This document shows positions 38,661-47,262 of a DNA stretch of 64,000 nucleotides, in pieces. This stretch comes from Ignavibacteria bacterium (lineage in GTDB: Bacteria > Bacteroidota > Ignavibacteria > Tepidaquicellales > OLB5). Location: contig JBDTNV010000001.1 in NCBI GenBank assembly GCA_039933555.1, forward strand, positions 9,819 through 73,818, written 5' to 3'. Both the position numbers and the translations under genes were made by a program. The notes beneath the pieces are model-generated. The model worked only from the letters and a program-made list of their open reading frames with translations. It ran no database searches and was not told where the DNA came from. Each line of letters begins with the position of its first letter. Position 1 is the first letter of the stretch.

Positions 38661-39554
38661 CTATTTTTTTGTTACTATTATATTACCAGCCGAAGTTGTG
38701 CATTTAAATGTTTCGCCGCCGTTATTGAATTTTGACCTTATATAGGAGGCGACATGGCTTTCCTTTTCAACTTTCGCAAAGTCACATGTAATTTTACCTG
38801 CAAGTGTACCAATATCAGCATCAGCATTAAAATCAGTGGGTAAAGTTGCGATTATATTACCGCCCAAAGTGCTCATGTCCATTCCAAAGTTTTTGCCTGA
38901 ATAATCGAGCCTTATATTCCCTCCGGCGGTAGATGCATCGATCCTGCCGTTCTTGCCGGTAAGATTTATATCCCCGCCCGCAGTTGAAGCATCAAGGTTC
39001 CCGTCAAAATCACTGGCAGATATTTTGCCGCCTGATGTTGATACCTTAATGTTTCCTGTTGAAACTTCAATGTTTACGTTCCCGCCAGCTGTATAAGCTT
39101 CAAGATCTCCGTTGGTATTCCCGATAGAAATGCTTCCGCCTGATGTGTTCGTTTCAATTTTTCCTGAAATATCTTTTACGGATAGGTCACCGCCTGAACT
39201 GTATAATTTAATGCTGTATGACTGCGGGACTATGATCTCAACACGAATTGTGAGATTCCTCATGTTCTTGGTATCTTTTTGTTTGCCGTCAACTTTTACC
39301 CCGGTTGATATCTGTTCAGCCGAAAATACTATTTTTTCTTCCGCTTCATCGTTGCCGTAAACCTTTACACTGACCTCGTTGCTTGACCAGGAAGATACCT
39401 GGATGCTGCCGGCGACTAAGCTGGTTACCAGCTCTTTGCCGGATTCTGTTGGAATATTCTTTTCAAATAGCAGTTTTGCGTCATCTGCTGTTGTAACTTT
39501 TATCATAATTGAGGAAATTAATAAAGAAATTGTGAATAAAGTAGTGATTTTCAT
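38661..39554 (-). CDS. DUF4097-like putative adhesin (beta-helical G-G-x repeat protein)
   Basis: Signal peptide and many repeats of S/T-x-GG-x-I/V (SSGGDLSV, TSGGSISI, TAGGNVNI, TSGGKISA, TAGGDINL, TAGGNIRL, TLGGNIIA). Confidence 0.7.
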   Translation of the reverse strand: MKITTLFTISLLISSIMIKVTTADDAKLLFEKNIPTESGKELVTSLVAGSIQVSSWSSNEVSVKVYGNDEAEEKIVFSAEQISTGVKVDGKQKDTKNMRNLTIRVEIIVPQSYSIKLYSSGGDLSVKDISGKIETNTSGGSISIGNTNGDLEAYTAGGNVNIEVSTGNIKVSTSGGKISASDFDGNLDASTAGGDINLTGKNGRIDASTAGGNIRLDYSGKNFGMDMSTLGGNIIATLPTDFNADADIGTLAGKITCDFAKVEKESHVASYIRSKFNNGGETFKCTTSAGNIIVTKK

Positions 39555-39637
39555 ATTTTAATCCTTATAAGCAAAAAATTTAACTTTCTTTGATAATATG
39601 ATGACCCCGGGCATTGAATGGTTTAGCCAAAAAAGTG

Positions 39638-39670
39638 TAAAAAAAGCCGTCCCGAGTGCTCGGGACGGCT
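39638..39670 (-). terminator. Rho-independent terminator ending the six-gene small-ORF operon
   Basis: Minus strand: AGCCGTCCCGAG..CTCGGGACGGCT (stem of at least 10 bp) followed by T7. Confidence 0.8.
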
Positions 39671-39724
39671 TAATGGGGGTGAAGCTATGAAATATAATCA
39701 AAACGATTATAAACTTTTTTTTTG

Positions 39725-40198
39725 TTACATATACTTTGCCGAGTATTCATTAAGCAGATCGTAATACTTTTGCGCATATTCATCACGGGATGTTTTTACT
39801 GCCCAGTAGCCGGAATATTCTGTCCATTTTAGCGGAGCCAGGTTATTTTGCTTAAGTATTTCTGAAAAATCCATTATCTCATTATTTTTATTCGGGTCCT
39901 TCCTGTAATAAAACTGTGCATTCAAATCTGCAAATGTTTCCATTGTACACGGAGGATTACCGTTATTTTTCTTTTCAATTGCTTCCTCAAGGAATTTGTT
40001 ATAATCCTGTGCAACGGTAAGATAGCTCTCAGGTTTCATAAGTTCCGCATTCCAGCCGTCTTTTATCGGCTGCCATGATTCAAGTGTTATGCCTTCTTTT
40101 GACAATGCCTGCCAAAACTCTTCTTCGGTCACAGTATCGGTTGTAGAAGCGATTAGCTCAGCATATTTCTGTAGAGTTATTCCGTTAATTTCCTTCAT
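39725..40198 (-). CDS. Hypothetical protein g6; N-terminal domain paralogous to g4
   Basis: The first ~75 aa (KEINGITLQKYAELIA..EGITLESWQPIKDGW) align with the whole 87-aa ORF at 40788-41051. Confidence 0.55.
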   Translation of the reverse strand: MKEINGITLQKYAELIASTTDTVTEEEFWQALSKEGITLESWQPIKDGWNAELMKPESYLTVAQDYNKFLEEAIEKKNNGNPPCTMETFADLNAQFYYRKDPNKNNEIMDFSEILKQNNLAPLKWTEYSGYWAVKTSRDEYAQKYYDLLNEYSAKYM

Positions 40199-40218
40199 AA
40201 ATAAATTAAAATATTGGT

Positions 40219-40767
40219 TTATTGATGATATTTAATTGCAATTCCCATTTGCTTTTCAGATGTTTCCTGTATGAAGCTTTTAAGTCTGGAGAAATTATAT
40301 GAAATAAATTCCATGTTTGTTGTTTCTTCTGTTGATTTTAACCTGAGCAATTTAAATACTCTGCTGCTGTTATTCCATATATGCGGATAAACATTGTTTT
40401 TGATCATTAATTTCGAATCGTATCTTTTTTGGAATTCAATATCAGATATTATATTTATCGCACTATGGATCTTTTTTGTTTCATCTGAAATGAACAGTCT
40501 CATATCTGTTACACTTACTCCATATATCTCTTCCCAGTTGTAATCTCTCAACACAGTTCCATTATTTAAGAGAAATTTTGCTTCGGTTGCCGCAGAATAA
40601 CTGCTTATAATAAAATGGATCCCGTGCCATGCTTTATCAAGTTCAAACCAGTTATCAGGATCGGTATTCTGTATAAACGAATAAAGTTCGGTTTGATTAT
40701 CCTGTAACTCTATACATTTCTTTATACTATCATCGGTCAGTCTTATAATATCGCAGTAAAGTCCCAA
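40219..40767 (-). CDS. DUF1877 (YfbM-like) family protein, g5
   Basis: MGLYCDIIRLTDDSIKK.. N-terminus and ELDKAWHGIHFII resemble the YfbM/DUF1877 signature as recalled. Confidence 0.55.
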   Translation of the reverse strand: MGLYCDIIRLTDDSIKKCIELQDNQTELYSFIQNTDPDNWFELDKAWHGIHFIISSYSAATEAKFLLNNGTVLRDYNWEEIYGVSVTDMRLFISDETKKIHSAINIISDIEFQKRYDSKLMIKNNVYPHIWNNSSRVFKLLRLKSTEETTNMEFISYNFSRLKSFIQETSEKQMGIAIKYHQ

Positions 40768-40787
40768 ATTAACTTATCAACTTTAAA

Positions 40788-41051
40788 TCAATCATGTTTG
40801 TTTATATTATTCAATTTTATCTTATCTACTGCCTTTTGCCATAAAGGAACGAACCTTGCTGCTGTTTTTCCCACATCTGATGGATCGGTCATTCTGTACT
40901 GCCAGCCTTCATGTGCAGCATTCCAGTTTTCCCGTGTGATCCCTTCAGATTCTGCAATTTTGGCACATGCTTCATTATCTTTCAAAACTGCATTCATCTT
41001 AGCGCAAAGCTCAGCATACTTTTCTATGCTAATTCCGTTAATCGGTTCCAT
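40788..41051 (-). CDS. Hypothetical 87-aa protein g4 (stand-alone copy of the g6 N-terminal domain)
   Basis: EPINGISIEKYAELCA..EGITRENWNAAHEGW aligns with the g6 N-terminus. Confidence 0.5.
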   Translation of the reverse strand: MEPINGISIEKYAELCAKMNAVLKDNEACAKIAESEGITRENWNAAHEGWQYRMTDPSDVGKTAARFVPLWQKAVDKIKLNNINKHD

Positions 41052-41063
41052 TAGTAAAGTTTA

Positions 41064-41267
41064 TCAGTTTAAAATTAAATTAAAAAATACAACCAGCACA
41101 ATAAAAAATATAACAACTATCCAGATCGCGATAAAGATAATTGAAAATAAAGCGCTGGATACCCACATATTTTTATACCAGTTAGCCCAATTGCTCAGCC
41201 AGCTGCCTCCGGCTGAGCTATGGGAAGCGTTAAACATTCTGCCTATTTCATTAAAAAAACTATTCAT
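41064..41267 (-). CDS. Small single-pass membrane protein g3
   Basis: 67 aa: Trp/Asn-rich N-terminus, then one long hydrophobic helix. Tightly packed in the operon. Confidence 0.4.
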   Translation of the reverse strand: MNSFFNEIGRMFNASHSSAGGSWLSNWANWYKNMWVSSALFSIIFIAIWIVVIFFIVLVVFFNLILN

Positions 41268-41293
41268 CTTTATATCTTTATATATTAAAATTT

Positions 41294-41701
41294 TTATATT
41301 ATTTCGACTTCACCGGTTGCAATAACATCGCCGTTCTTTTTTAAACAACTTACTTTGTATTTTCCTTTTTCCTTGAAATCAACATCATCAAAGTGGATAT
41401 AATCCCAGCTTGGCTGAACAGTGAACGGGAAAGTATCAACCGCTTTACCTGTTGCCGCGTCAGTAACGTTTATATCAACATCCTTTTCTCCTATAGGATT
41501 CTGAAGCTTAACCATTACTGTTATTTTTCCGGATTTAAATTTTGTGCCCTCGCCAATTTCTTTAGTTACATATCTTTCGCAGAAATAAAGCCTGTCGCCG
41601 GAAAACTTATCTGTTATTTGCTGGATCTGTTTTATCCTGCTGCAGCCTGAAAATGCAACCATGACCGCAAAAAACACTAAAGCAATTTTTGTGAACCTCA
41701 T
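41294..41701 (-). CDS. YFCE-domain lipoprotein g2 (paralog of 23076-23480)
   Basis: Lipobox FSGC. Shares LYFCERY, ITVMVK and the C-terminal pattern with 23076-23480. Confidence 0.55.
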   Translation of the reverse strand: MRFTKIALVFFAVMVAFSGCSRIKQIQQITDKFSGDRLYFCERYVTKEIGEGTKFKSGKITVMVKLQNPIGEKDVDINVTDAATGKAVDTFPFTVQPSWDYIHFDDVDFKEKGKYKVSCLKKNGDVIATGEVEII

Positions 41702-41736
41702 TTTTTTGAATTCCTCCTGTATTGTTTTGTTAAAAA

Positions 41737-42147
41737 TTATATAACCAGAACCTGTGAAGTATTTGCCGGATTGTATTTTATATTTATTTTATCGCCAACT
41801 CTTGGGATAGCAATTTTTGATACAGCAGTCTCTGAAGTTGTTTCAAATGGAACACCGAACTGTGGGGTTACCATTAATTTCAGCTTAACCACAGGGTTAT
41901 AATTTATCAAGGCGCCTGTATCTTCAATTCCTAATACTTCGGCTGTTGCTCCCATACCTGTCTGGCCAAGGTTGCTTGTATCAGTATAATTCTTTGCCAT
42001 ATTCAATGATGCATTTGTCTGATCTACAAAATCCTTACCCATGAAGGTTTTTGTTAAGAAACCAGATACTCCTGAGTTGATCGCTTTATCAGCATTTTCG
42101 ATAGCTTTTTTAGGATCTTTTTCGATTTTTTTTCCGAATCCAAACAT
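41737..42147 (-). CDS. Hypothetical protein g1
   Basis: 136 aa with no signal peptide: helical N-half and beta-rich C-half (TAEVLGIEDTG..INYNPVVKLKLMV..VGDKINIKYNP). Confidence 0.45.
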   Translation of the reverse strand: MFGFGKKIEKDPKKAIENADKAINSGVSGFLTKTFMGKDFVDQTNASLNMAKNYTDTSNLGQTGMGATAEVLGIEDTGALINYNPVVKLKLMVTPQFGVPFETTSETAVSKIAIPRVGDKINIKYNPANTSQVLVI

Positions 42148-42196
42148 GGTTTTGATTCCTTTCTTTGTTTTATTTTTTTAATTGTTAACTTTCATA

Positions 42197-42204
42197 CAAA
42201 AATA
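42197..42204 (-). promoter_or_regulatory. Putative -7 box (TATTTTTG) for the g1-g6 operon
   Basis: Reverse complement matches TAnnTTTG, 50 nt upstream of the g1 start. Confidence 0.4.
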
Positions 42205-42480
42205 GCAGGGTTTCTAAAGCCAAACAAAGAAATGATTTTATCTTTGTTTAAATATTGTCTGTAAGAGGGGATAACACATAATCCTTTGATTAAGTTAAAT
42301 AATTGTTATTACATAGATTAAAACATGGAAATTTTTACTTTGAAGTTTTAATTCAGCAAAAACTGAAAGAATTTATCATTTGTTTTGAATCAAAACTAAA
42401 GTTTTTTGCTATTCTTGAACATTTTCCGCAATTAAGGCCTAATTTATACCACTTTTGTTTTAAATTAGTATAATCAAAAT

Positions 42481-42918
42481 CTATTTTATTAAAAGCATTT
42501 TTTTCATTTCGCTGTAATCTTCAGTTTGCAGCCTGTAAGTATAAACACCCGAAGAAAGCCCGGAGACATCAAATGAAATTTTATATGTTCCTTCACTTAA
42601 GTTACTGTTGATAATTTCATTAATTTCCTGACCCATCATATCGATAATTGTAATTCTTACCTGCAGTTTTTCAGGAATGCTGAAGTATAATTCGCTGATA
42701 GAGCCTGCGCTGCCTGAAGATGACTGGCCGAGATAAAACCAGCTAGGTGGCTGTGTTGAAGTCTGAATTACCCTGGCTTTCGTATTTACCGATTGGTTAA
42801 AGTTCAGCTGTGCATTGTTGTTATAAAAATCATCATTCAACACAGATTGTGAAAACACGGGGAGCGAAAGAAGAACTGTCATGCAAAGCGCTGCGTAAAA
42901 TATTTTTCTCGATTTCAT
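42481..42918 (-). CDS. Minimal T9SS protein: signal peptide, ~40-aa linker and C-terminal sorting domain only
   Basis: 145 aa with a signal peptide (..LSLPVFSQ). The last ~85 aa are CTD-like (..VRITIIDMMGQ..GVYTYRLQTEDYSEMKKMLLIK). There is no room for a cargo domain. Confidence 0.65.
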   Translation of the reverse strand: MKSRKIFYAALCMTVLLSLPVFSQSVLNDDFYNNNAQLNFNQSVNTKARVIQTSTQPPSWFYLGQSSSGSAGSISELYFSIPEKLQVRITIIDMMGQEINEIINSNLSEGTYKISFDVSGLSSGVYTYRLQTEDYSEMKKMLLIK

Positions 42919-42950
42919 TTTTTTTGAACACTTAAACTTTTATAATGATA

Positions 42951-42958
42951 CAAAGATA
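42951..42958 (-). promoter_or_regulatory. Putative -7 box (TATCTTTG) for 42481-42918
   Basis: Reverse complement matches TAnnTTTG, 33 nt upstream of the start. Confidence 0.45.
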
Positions 42959-43256
42959 ATTTGCACCGTCATGCTAAACAAAGAAACCATTTGATTGAAG
43001 TTTAGAATAAACTGTACAAAATCACAGATAAAAATGACTCCTTTGGCACCTAACTGATTTATGTAAAAGAGTTAGAGTAGGAATATGAAATAAGAATGTT
43101 TTGATATCAGTAGCTTGGAATAGAATTCTCGTATGTTTTAGAAATCAGTGGGTTTTCGCAGTAATTATGCTTGAAAAATGCCTTAAATGGTTATAAAAAT
43201 GAGTTTTAAATGCTCCAAAAGTAGTTTATATTGTTTTTAAATCTCAACAAATATTA

Positions 43257-44711
43257 ATGATAAGTGCTACGCTTCTAGGAATGCTGGGCAAATTCACACC
43301 AAAAGAATTTAAAGATTTTGGTGAGTTTGTTAAATCTCCTTTTTTTAATAAAAATATCCATGTAAAGCAGCTTTACGATTATTTGAAAAAGTTTTACCCT
43401 GAATTCAATGATAAGAAACTTGACAAAGAAATTGTTTTTAAGAATCTATACGAAGCGAAAAAATACAATGACGGATTTTTACGGACTGTAATATATAATC
43501 TCGGTAAGCTAGCAGAAGATTACCTGGCTTACATTAACTTCAGAAAGGATGACCTGAACAGGGGAATAAGCCTTTTAAAAGAGCTGAATGAACGGAAGCT
43601 TGAAAAGGTATTCCTTAAATATTATTCTGAGATCGAAGAGGACATTAACTCATCGACCTACCAGGATAATGATTATTTTTTCAGAAAATTTGAGCTGCAG
43701 AACCAGAAAGAAGTTTATATGGACTGGAGCAAATTCAAACAAAAGGATTTCAAGAATTACACTACGAATACAATTTCATACATAAATGATGAGCTTACAA
43801 GCTACTATTTATCCAAAGCTCTTAACCATTACCGTTTTATGCTTGATAAAAATATGTATGAGCAGCTTGAATACAATTATGATTTCATTGAGCATATTAT
43901 GGAATTCCTGCTGAAAAAAGATAAATATTTCAGGGAAAAGATCAAGATCAAGCTTCATCTATACGAAGTACTGCTGATTAAAGATAAAAAACAGGAATAT
44001 TTTAAAATACTTAAGGATATTTTCATTAATGAAACAAAACAGCTTTCAAGAAGTGACCTCTACAGCCTGCATAATATTCTGCAGGGCTTTTGTGTTTACC
44101 AGAACTATAATGATAAGCCCGGGTATCTTGCTGAAAGATTTGAACTTTACCTCATTTGTATAAATGAAAAACTTTATTCAGCTACGGAACACATTTATTT
44201 TGATGACCTGATGTTTGGAAACATTGTTAATACAGGAGCGGCAGTTAAGGATTTTATTTGGACTGAAAAATTTATTGAAGAATTCAAAAATGCAATTTCT
44301 CCTGATAACGCAGATGTAGTTGTGAATTATGCTTATGCCAGGCTGGCGTTTGCGCAAAAAGAAAATGAAAAGGCGCTGTGGTATTTGAACAGTATAAAAA
44401 CCATAAAGCATATCCAGTATAAACTGCCTGTCAGAGATCTAACACTGATGTGTTATTATGAGCTTAATATGCTCAGCCAGTCATCATACCAGATAGATTC
44501 ATACAGGCATTTCTTAACAAACAACAAAAGCTCGCTTTCGGATATGCGATTTGATAGAATTATGAATTTTCTTAAATTCTATACTAAGCTTGTTAAGAAT
44601 AAAGAAAAGGGGAACTTAAAAGAATGCGTTAAGCTAAAAGAAGAACTTGAGGGTACAAATAACGTTATTGAAAAAAAATGGCTTTCCGAAAAGATAAAGG
44701 AGCTGGTATAA
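43257..44711 (+). CDS. P-family paralog P2
   Basis: N-terminal box KFTPKEFKDFGEFVKSPFFNKNIHVKQLYDYLKKFYPEF, central FGNIVNT / WTEKFIEEF, TPR-like NYAYARLAFAQKENEKALWYLNSI, and terminal KKWLSEKIKELV. Confidence 0.75.
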   Translation: MISATLLGMLGKFTPKEFKDFGEFVKSPFFNKNIHVKQLYDYLKKFYPEFNDKKLDKEIVFKNLYEAKKYNDGFLRTVIYNLGKLAEDYLAYINFRKDDLNRGISLLKELNERKLEKVFLKYYSEIEEDINSSTYQDNDYFFRKFELQNQKEVYMDWSKFKQKDFKNYTTNTISYINDELTSYYLSKALNHYRFMLDKNMYEQLEYNYDFIEHIMEFLLKKDKYFREKIKIKLHLYEVLLIKDKKQEYFKILKDIFINETKQLSRSDLYSLHNILQGFCVYQNYNDKPGYLAERFELYLICINEKLYSATEHIYFDDLMFGNIVNTGAAVKDFIWTEKFIEEFKNAISPDNADVVVNYAYARLAFAQKENEKALWYLNSIKTIKHIQYKLPVRDLTLMCYYELNMLSQSSYQIDSYRHFLTNNKSSLSDMRFDRIMNFLKFYTKLVKNKEKGNLKECVKLKEELEGTNNVIEKKWLSEKIKELV

Positions 44712-44712
44712 A

Positions 44713-46152
44713 GTGAACAAAAGCAGTCTTATAGAATCATTCAGAACATTTTCACAAAAAGAGATGAAGGAATTTTCTGAATTTGTTTCTTCCCCGTTTT
44801 TTAACAAGAATGTTAATGTTATCAGGCTTTTTGAACTTATCAGGAAAAATTATCCTGATTTTGAACCTTCAAAAATAGAAAAGGAAAAGGTATTTGCAAA
44901 ACTGTTCCCGGGGAAACCTTTTAAAGATAGTTCGCTTAGGCTCTTGATGTATTACCTGTATGAATTAGTTGAAAAATTTCTTTCATATAACAGATTTAAC
45001 AATAACAAATTCCGCCAGAAGGATAACCTTCTTGATGAGCTGTTTGAGAGAAAATTATTTAAAGATTTCGAAAAAACCATTGATGAAGCAAATAAAGAGC
45101 TTGATGAAATTGTTGCAAAGGATAGTAATTATTTCAGGAACAGGTATGTTTTTGCCGAGCACAGGCTGAACTATCTTGCTGAAATATACATGGGCAAGTA
45201 TGAAAAATATCTTACAAAAGAAAATATTCAGCTCTTTTCAGATAATATAACTTACTTTTACCTTATCAGCGTATTGAAATATTATGCTATTACGCTCAAC
45301 ACTATGTACCTGTACAACGTAAAGGTTGATACTGCAGTAATTGAAAATATTCTGAAAAATTTTAGTATAGAGCAGTTTTCAGGAGTGCCGCTTATTACTA
45401 TTTATTACAGGGTGATACTGCTTTTCCTAAATCCGGATGATGAGGAAAATTACTACAAGCTTAAAGAACTTATTATAAATCATGAACAAGAAATTGGCCA
45501 CACTTTGGGCGACCTGTACATCAACCTTGAAAATTACTGTGTAAGAAATGCAAGAAAAGGCAACCATAAGTTTCTTGAAGAATCGCTGAATATTTACGAA
45601 ATGGAGCTGAGGAAGGGTACTTATTACCAGAACGGGTTTATGCCGAACTCATTCTTTTCAAGTTTTGTAGTTACTGCAAGCCGGCTTAAGAAATTTGAGC
45701 GGTTAAGGAAATTTATAAATGACTATAAAGATGAGCTTCACGAAGATTCAAGAGAGGCTTATTATTTTTACAGTATGGCTTTTACTGAATATGAAGAAGG
45801 TAATTTCGAAAAAGCCCTGGAGTATCTTGCTAAGAGCAAACCTGAGGAAGTCTACATGAAGATGGACCTGCGGATATTGCAAAGCAGGATATACTACAGC
45901 TTAAACTGGAACATCCCGCTTCAGTCACTGCTTGATACTTTCAAGAAAACTGTTCAGAATAACAAGTATATTACTGATTTAAGGAAAGAACAGTATAATA
46001 AATTCATTAAATATACAAACCAGCTTAATAATATAAGATTTAAAAGCGATAAGGCCTCAGCAGATACAATGCTGGATGATCTGAAGAGAGGTGATTTTTT
46101 CACTTACAAATTGTGGGTAGAAGATGAAGCCCGAAAACTTGCTGAAATTTGA
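44713..46152 (+). CDS. P-family paralog P3
   Basis: GTG start 1 nt after the P2 stop; it is supported because the encoded N-terminus aligns with P2 and P4 (TFSQKEMKEFSEFVSSPFFNKNVNVIRLFELIRKNYPDF). TPR-like FYSMAFTEYEEGNFEKALEYLAKS. Confidence 0.75.
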   Translation: MNKSSLIESFRTFSQKEMKEFSEFVSSPFFNKNVNVIRLFELIRKNYPDFEPSKIEKEKVFAKLFPGKPFKDSSLRLLMYYLYELVEKFLSYNRFNNNKFRQKDNLLDELFERKLFKDFEKTIDEANKELDEIVAKDSNYFRNRYVFAEHRLNYLAEIYMGKYEKYLTKENIQLFSDNITYFYLISVLKYYAITLNTMYLYNVKVDTAVIENILKNFSIEQFSGVPLITIYYRVILLFLNPDDEENYYKLKELIINHEQEIGHTLGDLYINLENYCVRNARKGNHKFLEESLNIYEMELRKGTYYQNGFMPNSFFSSFVVTASRLKKFERLRKFINDYKDELHEDSREAYYFYSMAFTEYEEGNFEKALEYLAKSKPEEVYMKMDLRILQSRIYYSLNWNIPLQSLLDTFKKTVQNNKYITDLRKEQYNKFIKYTNQLNNIRFKSDKASADTMLDDLKRGDFFTYKLWVEDEARKLAEI

Positions 46153-46198
46153 AATCTGTTAAATTATGAGAAATTGAAATAAATAATTATGAGAGATC

Positions 46199-46362
46199 AA
46201 AAAAAATAACCCGTAAGCATGGGGGGCTCACAGGTTATCATTCAATTAACGCAATGCTTTAAAGAGAACCATGCTGGTCTGTTCAACCAGTCCTGGAACC
46301 GGATTTCTAAAGTAATTGCATTACTTTAGAAGCCTTAGTAACAAGGTTGTAAAATAGCTGCG
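46199..46362 (-). repeat. Copy A of the conserved structured 3'-UTR-like element (candidate 3'-derived sRNA/terminator module)
   Basis: Minus strand, 5' to 3': hairpin AAATAGC-gca-GCTATTT at a relic stop codon; core CCTTGTTACTAAGG; AT-rich spacer; terminal hairpin ATAACCTG..CGGGTTAT followed by T8. About 70% identical to 47262-47393, with one ~50-nt indel. Confidence 0.6.
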
Positions 46363-46380
46363 CTATTTCACAAACATTAT
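46363..46380 (-). pseudogene. Relic of the last six codons of a T9SS cargo gene
   Basis: Minus strand reads ATA ATG TTT GTG AAA TAG (IMFVK*), matching the ..KKM(I/M)L(V/I)K* ends of T9SS genes. A stop lies 4 codons upstream of this stretch, so the body of the gene is gone. Confidence 0.35.
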
Positions 46381-46444
46381 TCCCTGACGTCAGTAAAGCC
46401 TACTGTTTATCTTTTACAATATCTTAATTAATCTACAAATATTA

Positions 46445-46843
46445 TTATTTCTGCATCTCTTGTGCTGCCCAGGTTGAAATATCTGACATTCTTTTTGCCT
46501 GCTCGGTTGTCATTTTAGCTGATACCTGAGAAAGCTTTGTAGAAAAATCAGTAGACTTCTTTCCAAGCTCCTGGTACTTATCTGAAACACTCATATCTCC
46601 TTTTTTGAATTTCTTGGTAACTTCAACATATTCTTTCATTATCTTTTCATAATCGGTGATGAGTGCATCTATATCATTGCCGCTATCTGTCTTTGTATCA
46701 GTTTTTGTTTCAGTTTTCGTATCGGTCTTTGTATCAGTCTTTGTATCAGTCTTTGGATCATCCTTCTTGCCGCAACTGTTTAATGATAATGCTACGAAGA
46801 ATAAAGCTAAAAAAAGTACCGCTGTTTTGAGTGTGTTTTTCAT
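46445..46843 (-). CDS. Lipoprotein with (T-D/E-T-K) tandem repeats
   Basis: Lipobox LNSC, then KTDTKTDTKTDTKTETKTDTKTD, then a helical C-terminal domain. Confidence 0.6.
   Translation of the reverse strand: MKNTLKTAVLFLALFFVALSLNSCGKKDDPKTDTKTDTKTDTKTETKTDTKTDSGNDIDALITDYEKIMKEYVEVTKKFKKGDMSVSDKYQELGKKSTDFSTKLSQVSAKMTTEQAKRMSDISTWAAQEMQK
46687..46760. repeat. About six tandem copies of a 12-nt coding repeat
   Basis: GTCTTTGTATCA-like units (plus strand) encode the TDTK repeats of 46445-46843. Confidence 0.8.
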
Positions 46844-46944
46844 TGATCTGCCTCTTTTTTTTGATTTTTGGAATTTTTGTTTATTTATTTACTGCCGTAT
46901 TTCTGAATGAAAATGCTCTTTTCCTTTAGTTTGATTTCCATTTG

Positions 46945-46952
46945 CAAAGATA
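46945..46952 (-). promoter_or_regulatory. Putative -7 box (TATCTTTG) for 46445-46843
   Basis: Reverse complement matches TAnnTTTG. It marks the left edge of a ~245-nt stretch homologous to 49654-49891. Confidence 0.4.
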
Positions 46953-47157
46953 GATTTATTTAAGACTGTAAAAAAAGAATTTTTAAGGTCAATGTTTAAA
47001 AATGGAGTGTCTCTAAATATCATAAACTTAAGAATTTTTTCGTTTTTTTATCATTTTAACTGTTTACATCATTGCATTTTGTTAGAAGAAATTGCTCTTT
47101 GGAATTTATTTCCTGTTTGTTTTGAGAAAGCTGCATAACGCAAACCTCGGTATAGCT

Positions 47158-47262
47158 ATGTCCTATATTTTTATAAGACTTATAACTAAAACAATTGGCT
47201 TATATAATAGTTTTTTGAACAATATCCATCATAATGTTATAATGATATTAACTTTGCATCTT
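47158..47262 (+). pseudogene. Relic 5' end of a sixth P-family gene
   Basis: The upstream 245 nt are homologous to the P4 upstream region. The position aligned to the P4 ATG reads ATA (47182-47184). The downstream frame gives ..LYNSFLNNIHHNVIMIL, cf. FVKSPFFNKNIHVKQLYDYL in P2. Homology stops at repeat copy B. Confidence 0.35.

Noticed and set aside
40798-41325. 175-aa plus-strand ORF across the g3/g4 region
   Set aside because: It is antisense to two tightly packed minus-strand genes that share a promoter and terminator and have a paralog relationship. The plus-strand product is low-complexity and has no upstream promoter box.
46687-46760. Short tandem repeats considered as a CRISPR-like or minisatellite array
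   Set aside because: The 12-nt units have no spacers and lie in frame inside a lipoprotein gene, where they encode TDTK repeats.
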